Below are positions 28,144-38,124 of a DNA stretch of 64,000 bases, piece by piece. Source of the DNA: Candidatus Cloacimonadales bacterium (GTDB taxonomy: Bacteria > Cloacimonadota > Cloacimonadia > Cloacimonadales > JAFGVF01); the NCBI GenBank assembly GCA_963667035.1, contig OY762964.1, forward strand, positions 2,784,001 through 2,848,000. Direction: 5' to 3'. Each line of letters opens with the position of its first letter. Position 1 is the first letter of the stretch. A program made the translations under genes and the position numbers. Below the pieces are notes generated by a model. That model searched no databases. It was not told the origin of the DNA and saw only the letters and a program-made list of their open reading frames with translations.

Positions 28144-29788
28144 CTGCAGATCCTCCACCTGCAGATCCTCCACCTGCAGAACCTGAGCTTGAACCTGATG
28201 CACTACCTCTGGAACCAGATAGATGGGATATAAAAATTGCATAGAAAGCTGAGAACTCAGCAAAGTCCTTGAAGTTAAGTTCAGAAAGTATATTCGGAAG
28301 CTCTATTTTCTCTTTTTTACAATATCTTATGAGTTTGTCATTCAGTCCCAAGACTGAAAAATAAGGGAACACATCTTTTACATAATCTTCATCCACTACG
28401 AGACTCTTATCTCTTATGGAAGATGAGATAAAGTGTTTATAAGCTCTCCATGTTGCTTTCACGTTCTTGCCTTCCGGAGATAAAGTGTTGATGAGAGAGG
28501 CAAACATAAGAGAAAGAAAAGCAGTATCAAATATTAATATAGGTGGTATAAAGCTCCATCCGGTTCCTTTTTCCCACAATATCAACATTGGTATAAAGAG
28601 GATTATGGAAAAAATCAATGTTATGGAAGAAAGAATAAGCTTTCTATTTAATGTTTTTGTCAGCTCTTCATATCCAAGTCCTTCATTAAAAAACTCTTCG
28701 TGAAGCAGTTTTCCAAGAGTCGCCTTGCTATCCTGAGTCATTAGTTTCACAGTGGAAAGTAGAGGTTTCTGTTTCTCTTCTTTCAGTTTCCTGAGCTTAT
28801 CAACAAACTCCATATCAATAGTGTTATCAAGTTTGATTGATTCAACAATATGCCAATCGTAGTCTTTCTTAAATGCTGATTTTATCTGACCATCCACAAC
28901 AACAACCTTCTTCCAAATCAAGTTTAGGAGTTCTCCTCCATAATTATATTCTCTGGATGTCGGGTAATAGATAGTTTTCCATATTAAAAGGGGGTGAATA
29001 CTCTCAGGTAAGTCTTGTGATTCATAAGGTAGTTTCTTGTCTCTGTATACAACTAATGCAAGAACAGTAAAGACTGATCCGAGAATTAATATCACTGAAC
29101 CGAAACCCAAGATTGCATAAAGAGTAGTAAACTCAGACTGGATTAGTTTTATTTTGCCATGCTCCGATTGAGGTAAATGAATAACTTCTTGTGGTAAATC
29201 CAGATTGACTGTGAAGTTCTTTTCTTTTAAATTATTAAATGAGTATATGTAGTTTTTACCATCTTCCGATAGTACAGGATTAAACCTTTTGTTACCCTTG
29301 GTACTAATTCTAGTGTGATCAGATTGGTTGATAATCTTTACTGTCCCTTTTTTAATAATGAAATCATATTCGTCCGGTAACGGTGTCCAACTGAGAATAA
29401 CGGTATCATCTTTAATTATATAAGGTTTGTTAATTAGATAACGCCATACAACAGTTGTTTTTCTATCGTAATAATCGGATAGAAAAACAGCCATCTCTAA
29501 GTCTTTTTTATCTTTAACTTCACATAATTGCGGATTATTAGGATTTAAAAACTCTCCATCATGAATAATCTCAATAAACCTTATCCCATCACTATGCTTA
29601 TCTGGAACCTCTCTGTATAGTTTTCGAAAAGGACCACCCTCTAAATTATATGTCCATTCCTCTTCAATAAGTAAATCGCCGCTTGGCTTTAACTCCGCTT
29701 GTATTTTTAAGTTCTCAATATCGTAAGATTTAGCGTAAACTGAAGCTAATGTCATCAACGTAAGTAGTAATGGTAGTATTTTTTTCAT
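28133..29788 (-). CDS. DUF2207-like membrane protein
   Basis: Signal peptide from ATG 29788 (AAGGAGG SD); KSYDIENL...GDLLIEEEWTY; TMs; LSPEGK...WRAYK; Gly/Ser-rich tail. Confidence 0.8.
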   Translation of the reverse strand: MKKILPLLLTLMTLASVYAKSYDIENLKIQAELKPSGDLLIEEEWTYNLEGGPFRKLYREVPDKHSDGIRFIEIIHDGEFLNPNNPQLCEVKDKKDLEMAVFLSDYYDRKTTVVWRYLINKPYIIKDDTVILSWTPLPDEYDFIIKKGTVKIINQSDHTRISTKGNKRFNPVLSEDGKNYIYSFNNLKEKNFTVNLDLPQEVIHLPQSEHGKIKLIQSEFTTLYAILGFGSVILILGSVFTVLALVVYRDKKLPYESQDLPESIHPLLIWKTIYYPTSREYNYGGELLNLIWKKVVVVDGQIKSAFKKDYDWHIVESIKLDNTIDMEFVDKLRKLKEEKQKPLLSTVKLMTQDSKATLGKLLHEEFFNEGLGYEELTKTLNRKLILSSITLIFSIILFIPMLILWEKGTGWSFIPPILIFDTAFLSLMFASLINTLSPEGKNVKATWRAYKHFISSSIRDKSLVVDEDYVKDVFPYFSVLGLNDKLIRYCKKEKIELPNILSELNFKDFAEFSAFYAIFISHLSGSRGSASGSSSGSAGGGSAGGGSAGAC

Positions 29789-30031
29789 AAACACCTCCTT
29801 TATTTTCATTACTTCATTACTTCATCACAATAGTAATGTCAAGTTCAAACAGAATTTTAATGTGTTAAGATTATGGTATATCATATAAGTACATTGAAAC
29901 CTAATATAATTAGCTAATCTATAGCAGATTTTGTTATGTAAAATTGCTTATTATTTGTCTCTATGCTCTGTCACAATTGATAAATGTAACATAAGAATTG
30001 ATTCAGAATTACATGTCCATTTCTTGATAAT

Positions 30032-30072
30032 TTGCTCAAGTGTTACTCAAGTGTTACTCAAGGAATTCTCAG
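30032..30072. repeat. Four 11-bp-period direct repeats related to those at 3868-3911
   Basis: TTGCTCAA(30032), TTACTCAA(30043), TTACTCAA(30054), ATTCTCAG(30065). Confidence 0.6.
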
Positions 30073-30358
30073 GTTATGAACAGGAATTGTAATAGAGTAA
30101 ACAAAGTGTAATGTTTCTGCCATAATTTAGATAGTATTAAGACAGCAACCGGATTGTTAAAAGGGTATCTAAGGTTAATGTAACAGTTGATCTATAAATC
30201 AATGTTAGCATTTTACCTGCATAAAATCTAAAATAAGGAAAGAATTGGTAAGCTGTTTATTCAATAACTGAGAATTGAATAAGATTGCATTTTAATCAAG
30301 TAAAATGCTTTGAGTTATCTGAATAAGTCAATAGGCTAGAGGTAAAGATTATTTTTAT

Positions 30359-30388
30359 TTGACATAAGATTTTAGAATTCTTTAAATT
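30359..30388 (+). promoter_or_regulatory. sigma70-type promoter of the 2376-aa surface protein gene
   Basis: TTGACA at 30359-30364, then TTAAAT/TAAATT after a 17-18 bp spacer. Confidence 0.55.
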
Positions 30389-30549
30389 GCATCAGTGCTA
30401 ACCTGCTAAAAGAGGTAGGATGCTTTATTGCAGGTTATCATGGGAAGCAGTATGATATTGATAATTTTAAAAAGTAAAGGGGACTAAAGCTTTTTAAGCT
30501 TTAATTATCATTGAATAACATTTACTAATTCCATACAAGGAGTTTCCGA

Positions 30550-33500
30550 ATGAAACAATTAACAATTATTGTGTTAATGTTTCTGGCTCTGAGCAGTTTG
30601 ATAGCTGTAACAGAAACAGAACCAAACAACACATGGAACGCTACAGGCGTTCTCACAATTATTGATGGCGATCATGACGGTAGCATTAGCAGCAATGATC
30701 ACGATTATTGGAAGTTCTGGTCAGTTGCAGGGGATAACTTAGATATCAACTGCCTAAACACTTCTACTTCTTTCGACACTTATTTATATCTTTACGATTC
30801 TACCGGAACTAATCAGTTAGCATCAAACGATGATGCCGGTGGAACAGCTCAATCTCAAATCATTTTCACAACTGTAACAACCGGATGGCATTACATCGAT
30901 ATGAGAGGTTATTCTGCAACATCAATAGGTTCATACTTGATGACATTAAGCGGATCAACCCCTAATGACCCTAACATGCCAGGCTTACCTCATACTCCAA
31001 CACCGGCACATAATGAGCTGAATGTTGTGATTACCAATAATGTTCTATCTTGGCAATGGGGTGCTAACACAGAAACCTATGATTTGTATTTCGGAGCTAA
31101 CGCTCTGCCGGCAACTCCGACTGTGGCTGATGCTGTTGCGGATACTGTTAACGGAAATACGTTCAACGCAGGTCAGCTGGAATATGCCACAACTTATTAC
31201 TGGCAGATTGTTGCTAAAAATGCAAACAGTATTTATACAAACACAGCAACATGGTCCTTCCAAACCGAGCTTGGAGCAAGCACTATTCAAATCGGTGACG
31301 GAACAGTAGTAGATCAGCATACTCCTATCGAACCTTATAGTGAATATACTTACTCCCAGGTAATATATCTTCAGTCTGAAATCAATATGCCAACTCAAAG
31401 AATTGAAAAAGTGTATTATCATTATACTGGCAATGGAACACTTACAAGTAGTTTAGATTGGACTATTTATATGGGACACACAAATCAGACTTCTTTTATG
31501 GGAACTGATAGTTGGATTCCATCAAGTTCGTTAACTACAGTATTCGATGGTACCCTCACAACTCCAATGGGTGAAGGGTGGATTGAGATTAACCTCCAAA
31601 CTCCATTTGTATATAACAACTCAGACAATCTCGTTATAGCCATAATGGAAGACACTCCAGGCAGAGCTACAACAAATGAAGACTTCTATTGCGAAACCAC
31701 TTTAGCTACAAGAAGTTTAACTTATTATGATAATACAAATGCTCCTGACCCAATGAATTTACCAACAGGTGAATTAATGAGTAGTATCCCGGAAACCAGA
31801 CTTTTCTTTGGTAATTTACCTACTACTCCTGAATTATCTTATTTCCCTGCTTCATGGGATTTCGGTACAATATTCTGTGACCAAGCTTCTAATCCTACAT
31901 TATGTACTGCACAAAATACAGGAACCGGTATTTTAAATGTTCAATCTATAAGCATTAACGATGCAACAAACTTTACTTTAGTAGATAATAATACGTATCC
32001 TATGTCATTAGACTCTGCAGAAAGCATGAATTTTGAAGTAATATTCAATCCGGAAGATGAAGGACAGTTGTCTGCAACCGTATCTATTACTGATGATTTA
32101 CGTCAGGTTCATACAATGACATTTACAGGTGAAGGATACTATGCAACTATAGATGCCTTCCCATTCTCTGAAACATTTGAAAGTGCAACTGTGCCTACCG
32201 ACTGGACTATTGACCCTGTAGTTGCAAGTGATAGCTGGGAAGTAGCAAGTAGTAACATAGGTGACCATGGAGCCAGTACTGATGCTTCAGGTACAGGTGG
32301 CTATTGGATGGTTGTAGATGACTCTACACCTGAAACAGTACCATCACACTTATACACTCCTCCTTTTGATTTTACTAACTTATCAAACCCACTGTTAACA
32401 TTCAATTATTGGATTGGTGATGATACCAATACATCAACACTTAATATTGATATTATATCTGGTGGAGTAGTCACCTCTGATGTTGCTATAGTACAAGAAC
32501 CTAACGGCTCAACAGCATGGACTTATACAGAAGTTTCTCTAGCTACTTTTGCCGGTCAGAATATCATGATTGATTTCAGAGCTATGGAGTCAGAAAGTTT
32601 CTATGGAGATATTTGTATTGATGATGTTAGTATTTATGATAATTCACTTCCTCCTGCAGCAACTACTTTAATAGCTCCTACAGATACAGAAACGGGTGTT
32701 CCAATGACAGGAACATTAGATTGGAACTTTGCTCAAGGAGCTTCGGGATACTATGTTAATCTTGGAACCGATAATCCTCCATCAAATGTTTATAACATGA
32801 GTGATGCCGGTAATAACACTGACGTCAACTATTCAGCATTAACTGCAGGTACAACTTATTATTGGCAGGTAATACCTTACAATATTAACGGTCAAACACC
32901 TAACTGTCCCGTATGGTCATTTACAACCTTTAATGATATTCCAAATGCAGCAACTACACTATCTCCGCTAGATGGAGCTACATATCAAAGCAGTTATCCT
33001 ACATTTGTATGGGAGAGTGGTGGTAATTTCCCTGACGGTTATAAACTTAATTTGGGAACAGACAACCCTCCAACAAATGTATATCTTAATCATGATTTAG
33101 GATTTGTTACGACTTATGTAAGTGAAACCGAACTAGCTCCCGAGACAACTTACTTTTGGCAAATAGTTCCCTATAACTTCGTAGGTGATGCTCTAAACTG
33201 CCCTATATGGAGCTTTATGACTGCTCCTGAAGGATTAGTTGTTGTTGGTAACGGGACAGAGATTAATCAACACCTTCCAATTGAACCATATTATGGGTAT
33301 TCATACTCTCAGACAATCTATCAACAGAATGAGCTCAATGTACCAAATCAAAGAATAGAAAGTATACTTTATTACTACAATGGTGCAAACACTCTGGCTA
33401 ACTGCTATGATTGGATTATTTACATGACCCATACAACAGAAACTGAGTTCAGTAATAGTACATCTTGGATTCCTATTAATCAGTTTACTGAAGTTTTTAA

Positions 33501-36500
33501 TGCTACTATCCAACCTCCAAATGGAGAAGGATGGATTGAGTTCATTTTAGAAACACCATTTATTTATAACAATACTGACAATCTTGTTATAGCAGTGGAA
33601 GAAAACATGCCTAATTTCGGTACAACTAATGAGGAATTCTACTGTTCAGCTACTTCTAATTCTAGAAGTATCTATTATTATAGTGACAGTACCAATCCTG
33701 ACCCAACAGCTCCTCCGGCAGGCAATCTTCTATCTATGATTCCTAATACTATGTTCTATTTTGACGATTTACCAGTAGGACCGGAACTATTTTACCGTCC
33801 AATGCATCATAACTATGGAACTGTTTATACGAACACTCAATCAGATCCTGTTACATTTACATTACAGAATACAGGTATAGGAACTTTAGTTATCAATTCA
33901 TTAGGTCTTGCAAACACTACTGATTTTGATTTAACTGATAACAATACTTATCCTGTTAGCTTAAACACATCTGAAACAATCACTATCGATGTAGTTTTTA
34001 ATCCTACAGTTCAAGGGTTGATATCAAGTTCAATTGATGTAACAATGCCTGATAGTGTAGCTCATATTCCAATTTCAGGAACTGGTTTCGATCAAACAGT
34101 TTCTGTATTCCCTTACACAGAGAATTTTGATGTTTTGGAATTACCTATAGGATGGACACAAGGAACAGAAGATCAATTTGATTGGTCATTTGGAATAACA
34201 ACACCTTCCTCTGATACAGGTCCACAAAACGGCGACCACACTTCAGGAACAGGAGGATTTGCTTATACAGAGGCTTCAAGTCAAGTCAATTCAAGATTTG
34301 ACCTTATTTCTCCACCACTAGACATAACTTTACTATCTAATCCTTTCTGCACAATCTGGTACAATATGTATGGTCAAACAATGGGCTCATTACACTTTGA
34401 TATCTGGAATGGAACAGAATGGGTAGAAGATGCTTTCCCTGAAGTAGTTGGTGACCAAGGTCAAGACTGGCATTTTGCTGATATAAGTCTTGGTGGTTAT
34501 GGTTCCATTGTTCAGGTTAGATTCAGAGGATTAACCGGAACAGACTATTATAGCGATATAAGTATTGATGACTTTAGTGTTTGGAATAATAATCAACCAC
34601 CTGTAGCAACAACGTTGGTATCTCCTGCAGACGCTTCAACCGATATTCCTATGACAGGAGCTCTTAGTTGGAATCCGTCTTTGGCATCTAGCGGTTACTA
34701 TATTTCTATAGGAACAGATAACCCACCAACTGATGTCTTTGACATGTTTGATGTTGGTAATTCATTCACTTATAATTATTCAGGATTACAACCAGGTGTA
34801 ACATATTACTGGATGGTAACACCTTATAACTCTATCGGTCAAGCAACAAACTGTCCTGTTTGGTCATTTACAACCTTTAACGATATACCTAATCCTGCTA
34901 ATGTAGTTTATCCTGCAGATGGTGCATTGAATTCATACGTAACAATGACACTTGAATGGCAAGACGGAGGTAACTATCCTGACGGTTATAGACTATACTT
35001 AGGAACAGATGTTCCTCCTACAAACGTATTCGATGGATTAGACGTAGGATTTACTACTAGTTATGATATAACAGTTCCACTTGAATACAGTACTCAATAC
35101 TACTGGCAAGTTATTCCATATAACTTTGTTGGAGATGCTCTAAATTGTCCTATTTGGACATTTACAACTCATCCTGAAGGTATGGTTATCCTTGGTGATG
35201 GAGCAGAAGAGAATCAGCATCTTCCTATAGAACCTTATTATGGATATACATATTCTCAATCCATTCATACTTTCCAAGAAATCGGAACTCCCGGATTTAT
35301 TACTAGCATTAGCTATTATTATAATGGGTTTGCTTCATTAACCAATTGTAACGATTGGATTATTTATCTTGGTTTAACAGACCAAAATGAATTTACTGAT
35401 GGAACTTCTTGGATTCCTTTAACAGAGCTCACTGAAGTTTGGAATGGAACTATCACATCTCCAACTGGTGCCGGATGGATTGATTTCCCTCTTATTGAAG
35501 AAAACTGGTTCTTGTATGACGGGAGCCAAAATCTGGTAATAGCTGTAGAAGAAAATCAATCAAACTTTGGTTCTAGTGACGAAGAATTCTACTGTACTCA
35601 AACCACTGAAAACAGATCTATCTATTACTATAGTGACAGTACTAATCCGGATCCTTCTACTCCACCAACAGGTACAGTATCAAGTTATATACCAAATACT
35701 CGCTTGTTTACATTACCTACCGGCGAAAATCCATATCCGATTATAACACCATCTTCATTGAGTTTTGGATTTGTTGATGTTGGAAGTAGTTCTGATACTA
35801 GAACTATTACAATACGTAACGTTGGTCAGGACTCATTATATATTGATGTCAACATTGCTATTCAAGGCGATGATGCAGCTGACTTTGTTTTGGAAGATAA
35901 TAATACTTATCCTGTACAAGTAAACTATCTGGAAACTGTAGATATCGAAATCACTTTTGAACCGGGAACTGAAGGTTTCAAAACAGCAGAAATTGTGATT
36001 ATTGATAATGCTCCGGATGACGCAAGAATGGGTAGATTACCTAGACAAGTACATACTTTACCAATTTCAGGTAGAGGATATTTCCTTGATGGTAATGACG
36101 ATCCAAGTGATGCAACTCAGTTAGCATTAAATATTTCAAACTATGAAGAGATGATATATCCTGAAACAGAAACAGATTGGTATTCATTCTGGATAACAGC
36201 TCCTGCTACACTTACAACTTATACAGAGTTAATCAATGGTTCACAATTAGATACATACATGTGCCTCTACGGACCTTATGATAGCCCAAGTGAAAACGTT
36301 AACGAACAAATGTATATCATGGCAGACGATGATAGTAATAATAATAGTCAGCCAAGAATAGAGATTCCTCTTACAGATAGTGGTTTCTATTACATTCGCT
36401 TATCTCAATTCCAAAACGTTCCTGCAGGAATGAGACCATTCAAGAAACGTGATTTTGTTGAGAGTCAGAGAAATGTAACAGGTGAATATTCATTAACTGT

Positions 36501-37680
36501 TCATTCAACTAACCCTGTTCCACCTGAAGATTATTATCCACCGGTAAATCTATTAGCCGAGAGCTTATTTAATGGTATTGAGTTAACATGGGATGCTCCG
36601 ACAGTTCCGGCTAGATCTTTGGATGGATATAATGTATATCGTGATGATGTAATGATAAATACTGAGACAGTAAATTCTACTATATTCATTGATTACGATG
36701 TAACAGTTGGATCAACTTATGAATATAAGGTTAGTTCAGTATACAACAACCCTCCCGGTGAGTCTGATCCATGTGATTCTCTTATGTACACTCACGTGGA
36801 AGTTGATGCCCCTATTATTTCTGAGAGCTTCGAAAACTATGAAGATTTCGCAACAGAAATCTATCCTTGGTTTAATATGGATGTTGACGGGGAAGATACT
36901 TTTGGTTTCACTAACGGAATTAACTTCCCCGGTGAAAGCAATCCTATGTCATTTATAGTTTTCAATCCTGGTAGTACAGTACCACCTCTTCAATTTGCAA
37001 ATGCTTATAATGGTGATAAATATGCTGCTTGTTTTGCTGCTGAATCGAATACTAATAATGACTGGCTAATCACTCCTCATCTTGATTTAGGTGAGAATAT
37101 TACTGAGTTATCTTTCTGGGCTCGTTCTTATACTACTCAATATGGTCCCGAACAACTTAGAGTATGTATATCAACAACCGGAAATGATCCTAGTAACTTC
37201 ACACCTATAGTAACAGATGAAATACATGGTGTTCCTTTAGATTGGACATATTATCAGTATGATCTTTCTGAATATGCTGATCAGCTCGTTTACATTGGTT
37301 TTAACTGTATCTCTGAGCAAACTTTCTTCTTAATGATTGATGATATAATTGTTAGTAGTGATGGAGGTTCAGTAGGAAATGAACAACCGGAAGTAATTCC
37401 TGCTGCTACTGAATTGTGTGGAAACTATCCTAATCCATTTAATCCAACAACAACAATTAAATTCAATATCAACGAAGGTAAGAAAGTTAGTGTAAATATC
37501 TACAATATACGTGGTCAAAAAGTTAAATCATTAACAAACGATTACTATAATGCTGGTACTCATACATTAGTTTGGAATGGTACGGATAATAACAATAAGA
37601 ATGTAAGTAGCGGTATCTATTTCTTTAAAATGAAAGCCGGATCTTACACAAGAACCAAGAAAATGATACTTATGAAATAG
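30550..37680 (+). CDS. Very large modular secreted protein (PPC-like, FN3-like, ASH/choice-of-anchor D, MAM-like, choice-of-anchor J) with FlgD-Ig / T9SS type-A sorting domain
   Basis: Signal peptide; ETEPNN...DTYLYLY..NDD; internal ~650-aa repeats; NDWLITP; C-terminus GNYPNPFNPTTTI...IYNIRGQKV...WNGTD...SSGIYF..KKMILMK. Confidence 0.88.
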   Translation: MKQLTIIVLMFLALSSLIAVTETEPNNTWNATGVLTIIDGDHDGSISSNDHDYWKFWSVAGDNLDINCLNTSTSFDTYLYLYDSTGTNQLASNDDAGGTAQSQIIFTTVTTGWHYIDMRGYSATSIGSYLMTLSGSTPNDPNMPGLPHTPTPAHNELNVVITNNVLSWQWGANTETYDLYFGANALPATPTVADAVADTVNGNTFNAGQLEYATTYYWQIVAKNANSIYTNTATWSFQTELGASTIQIGDGTVVDQHTPIEPYSEYTYSQVIYLQSEINMPTQRIEKVYYHYTGNGTLTSSLDWTIYMGHTNQTSFMGTDSWIPSSSLTTVFDGTLTTPMGEGWIEINLQTPFVYNNSDNLVIAIMEDTPGRATTNEDFYCETTLATRSLTYYDNTNAPDPMNLPTGELMSSIPETRLFFGNLPTTPELSYFPASWDFGTIFCDQASNPTLCTAQNTGTGILNVQSISINDATNFTLVDNNTYPMSLDSAESMNFEVIFNPEDEGQLSATVSITDDLRQVHTMTFTGEGYYATIDAFPFSETFESATVPTDWTIDPVVASDSWEVASSNIGDHGASTDASGTGGYWMVVDDSTPETVPSHLYTPPFDFTNLSNPLLTFNYWIGDDTNTSTLNIDIISGGVVTSDVAIVQEPNGSTAWTYTEVSLATFAGQNIMIDFRAMESESFYGDICIDDVSIYDNSLPPAATTLIAPTDTETGVPMTGTLDWNFAQGASGYYVNLGTDNPPSNVYNMSDAGNNTDVNYSALTAGTTYYWQVIPYNINGQTPNCPVWSFTTFNDIPNAATTLSPLDGATYQSSYPTFVWESGGNFPDGYKLNLGTDNPPTNVYLNHDLGFVTTYVSETELAPETTYFWQIVPYNFVGDALNCPIWSFMTAPEGLVVVGNGTEINQHLPIEPYYGYSYSQTIYQQNELNVPNQRIESILYYYNGANTLANCYDWIIYMTHTTETEFSNSTSWIPINQFTEVFNATIQPPNGEGWIEFILETPFIYNNTDNLVIAVEENMPNFGTTNEEFYCSATSNSRSIYYYSDSTNPDPTAPPAGNLLSMIPNTMFYFDDLPVGPELFYRPMHHNYGTVYTNTQSDPVTFTLQNTGIGTLVINSLGLANTTDFDLTDNNTYPVSLNTSETITIDVVFNPTVQGLISSSIDVTMPDSVAHIPISGTGFDQTVSVFPYTENFDVLELPIGWTQGTEDQFDWSFGITTPSSDTGPQNGDHTSGTGGFAYTEASSQVNSRFDLISPPLDITLLSNPFCTIWYNMYGQTMGSLHFDIWNGTEWVEDAFPEVVGDQGQDWHFADISLGGYGSIVQVRFRGLTGTDYYSDISIDDFSVWNNNQPPVATTLVSPADASTDIPMTGALSWNPSLASSGYYISIGTDNPPTDVFDMFDVGNSFTYNYSGLQPGVTYYWMVTPYNSIGQATNCPVWSFTTFNDIPNPANVVYPADGALNSYVTMTLEWQDGGNYPDGYRLYLGTDVPPTNVFDGLDVGFTTSYDITVPLEYSTQYYWQVIPYNFVGDALNCPIWTFTTHPEGMVILGDGAEENQHLPIEPYYGYTYSQSIHTFQEIGTPGFITSISYYYNGFASLTNCNDWIIYLGLTDQNEFTDGTSWIPLTELTEVWNGTITSPTGAGWIDFPLIEENWFLYDGSQNLVIAVEENQSNFGSSDEEFYCTQTTENRSIYYYSDSTNPDPSTPPTGTVSSYIPNTRLFTLPTGENPYPIITPSSLSFGFVDVGSSSDTRTITIRNVGQDSLYIDVNIAIQGDDAADFVLEDNNTYPVQVNYLETVDIEITFEPGTEGFKTAEIVIIDNAPDDARMGRLPRQVHTLPISGRGYFLDGNDDPSDATQLALNISNYEEMIYPETETDWYSFWITAPATLTTYTELINGSQLDTYMCLYGPYDSPSENVNEQMYIMADDDSNNNSQPRIEIPLTDSGFYYIRLSQFQNVPAGMRPFKKRDFVESQRNVTGEYSLTVHSTNPVPPEDYYPPVNLLAESLFNGIELTWDAPTVPARSLDGYNVYRDDVMINTETVNSTIFIDYDVTVGSTYEYKVSSVYNNPPGESDPCDSLMYTHVEVDAPIISESFENYEDFATEIYPWFNMDVDGEDTFGFTNGINFPGESNPMSFIVFNPGSTVPPLQFANAYNGDKYAACFAAESNTNNDWLITPHLDLGENITELSFWARSYTTQYGPEQLRVCISTTGNDPSNFTPIVTDEIHGVPLDWTYYQYDLSEYADQLVYIGFNCISEQTFFLMIDDIIVSSDGGSVGNEQPEVIPAATELCGNYPNPFNPTTTIKFNINEGKKVSVNIYNIRGQKVKSLTNDYYNAGTHTLVWNGTDNNNKNVSSGIYFFKMKAGSYTRTKKMILMK

Positions 37681-37693
37681 TATCAAAGATAAT

Positions 37694-37730
37694 AAAAAAG
37701 AGCCGACATTTATGTTGGCTCTTTTCTTTT
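37694..37730 (+). terminator. Intrinsic terminator
   Basis: AAAAGAGCCGACAT-tt-ATGTTGGCTCTTTTCTTTT. Confidence 0.85.
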
Positions 37731-37859
37731 ATATTCTAGTTTAATTGGCATTTCCAATCAATTTTTACTCCAGATTCAAATATAACAATAAATAATCTAT
37801 TTCAACCATTATAAGTTATACCGGAAAGAGTTATAGTGCCTGTCTACAAAGTATTGACT

Positions 37860-38040
37860 AAAAATTATACACGTAATCTTAATAAATCTATAACTCTTTG
37901 CTTTATATGAAACTTATAACTTATTCACATAAGTGTGTATATTTAATACAACTTTATAACTACTTATTTTTAAATAAATTACTAGTAAAGTAAACTTAAT
38001 TAACAAGGGTTTTATGCGAGTTATCCACACTTGACAAAAC
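37860..38040. promoter_or_regulatory. DnaA-box cluster upstream of dnaA (oriC1 / dnaA autoregulation)
   Basis: TTATACACG 37865, TTATTCACA 37921, TGTGTATAT 37934, and perfect TTATCCACA 38021 abutting TTGACA 38031. Confidence 0.8.
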
Positions 38041-38124
38041 ATAATAAGAAGCAATTTTTGAGTCATCATGGCATTGATAATAATCCAATGAATTACAATA
38101 AATTTTTTACGGCGGTATCATTAA

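Noticed and set aside
28144..28263. N-terminal extension of the radical SAM ORF shown in the ORF track
   Set aside because: It is an off-frame reading of the DUF2207 Gly/Ser repeat; GTG 28143 has a proper SD
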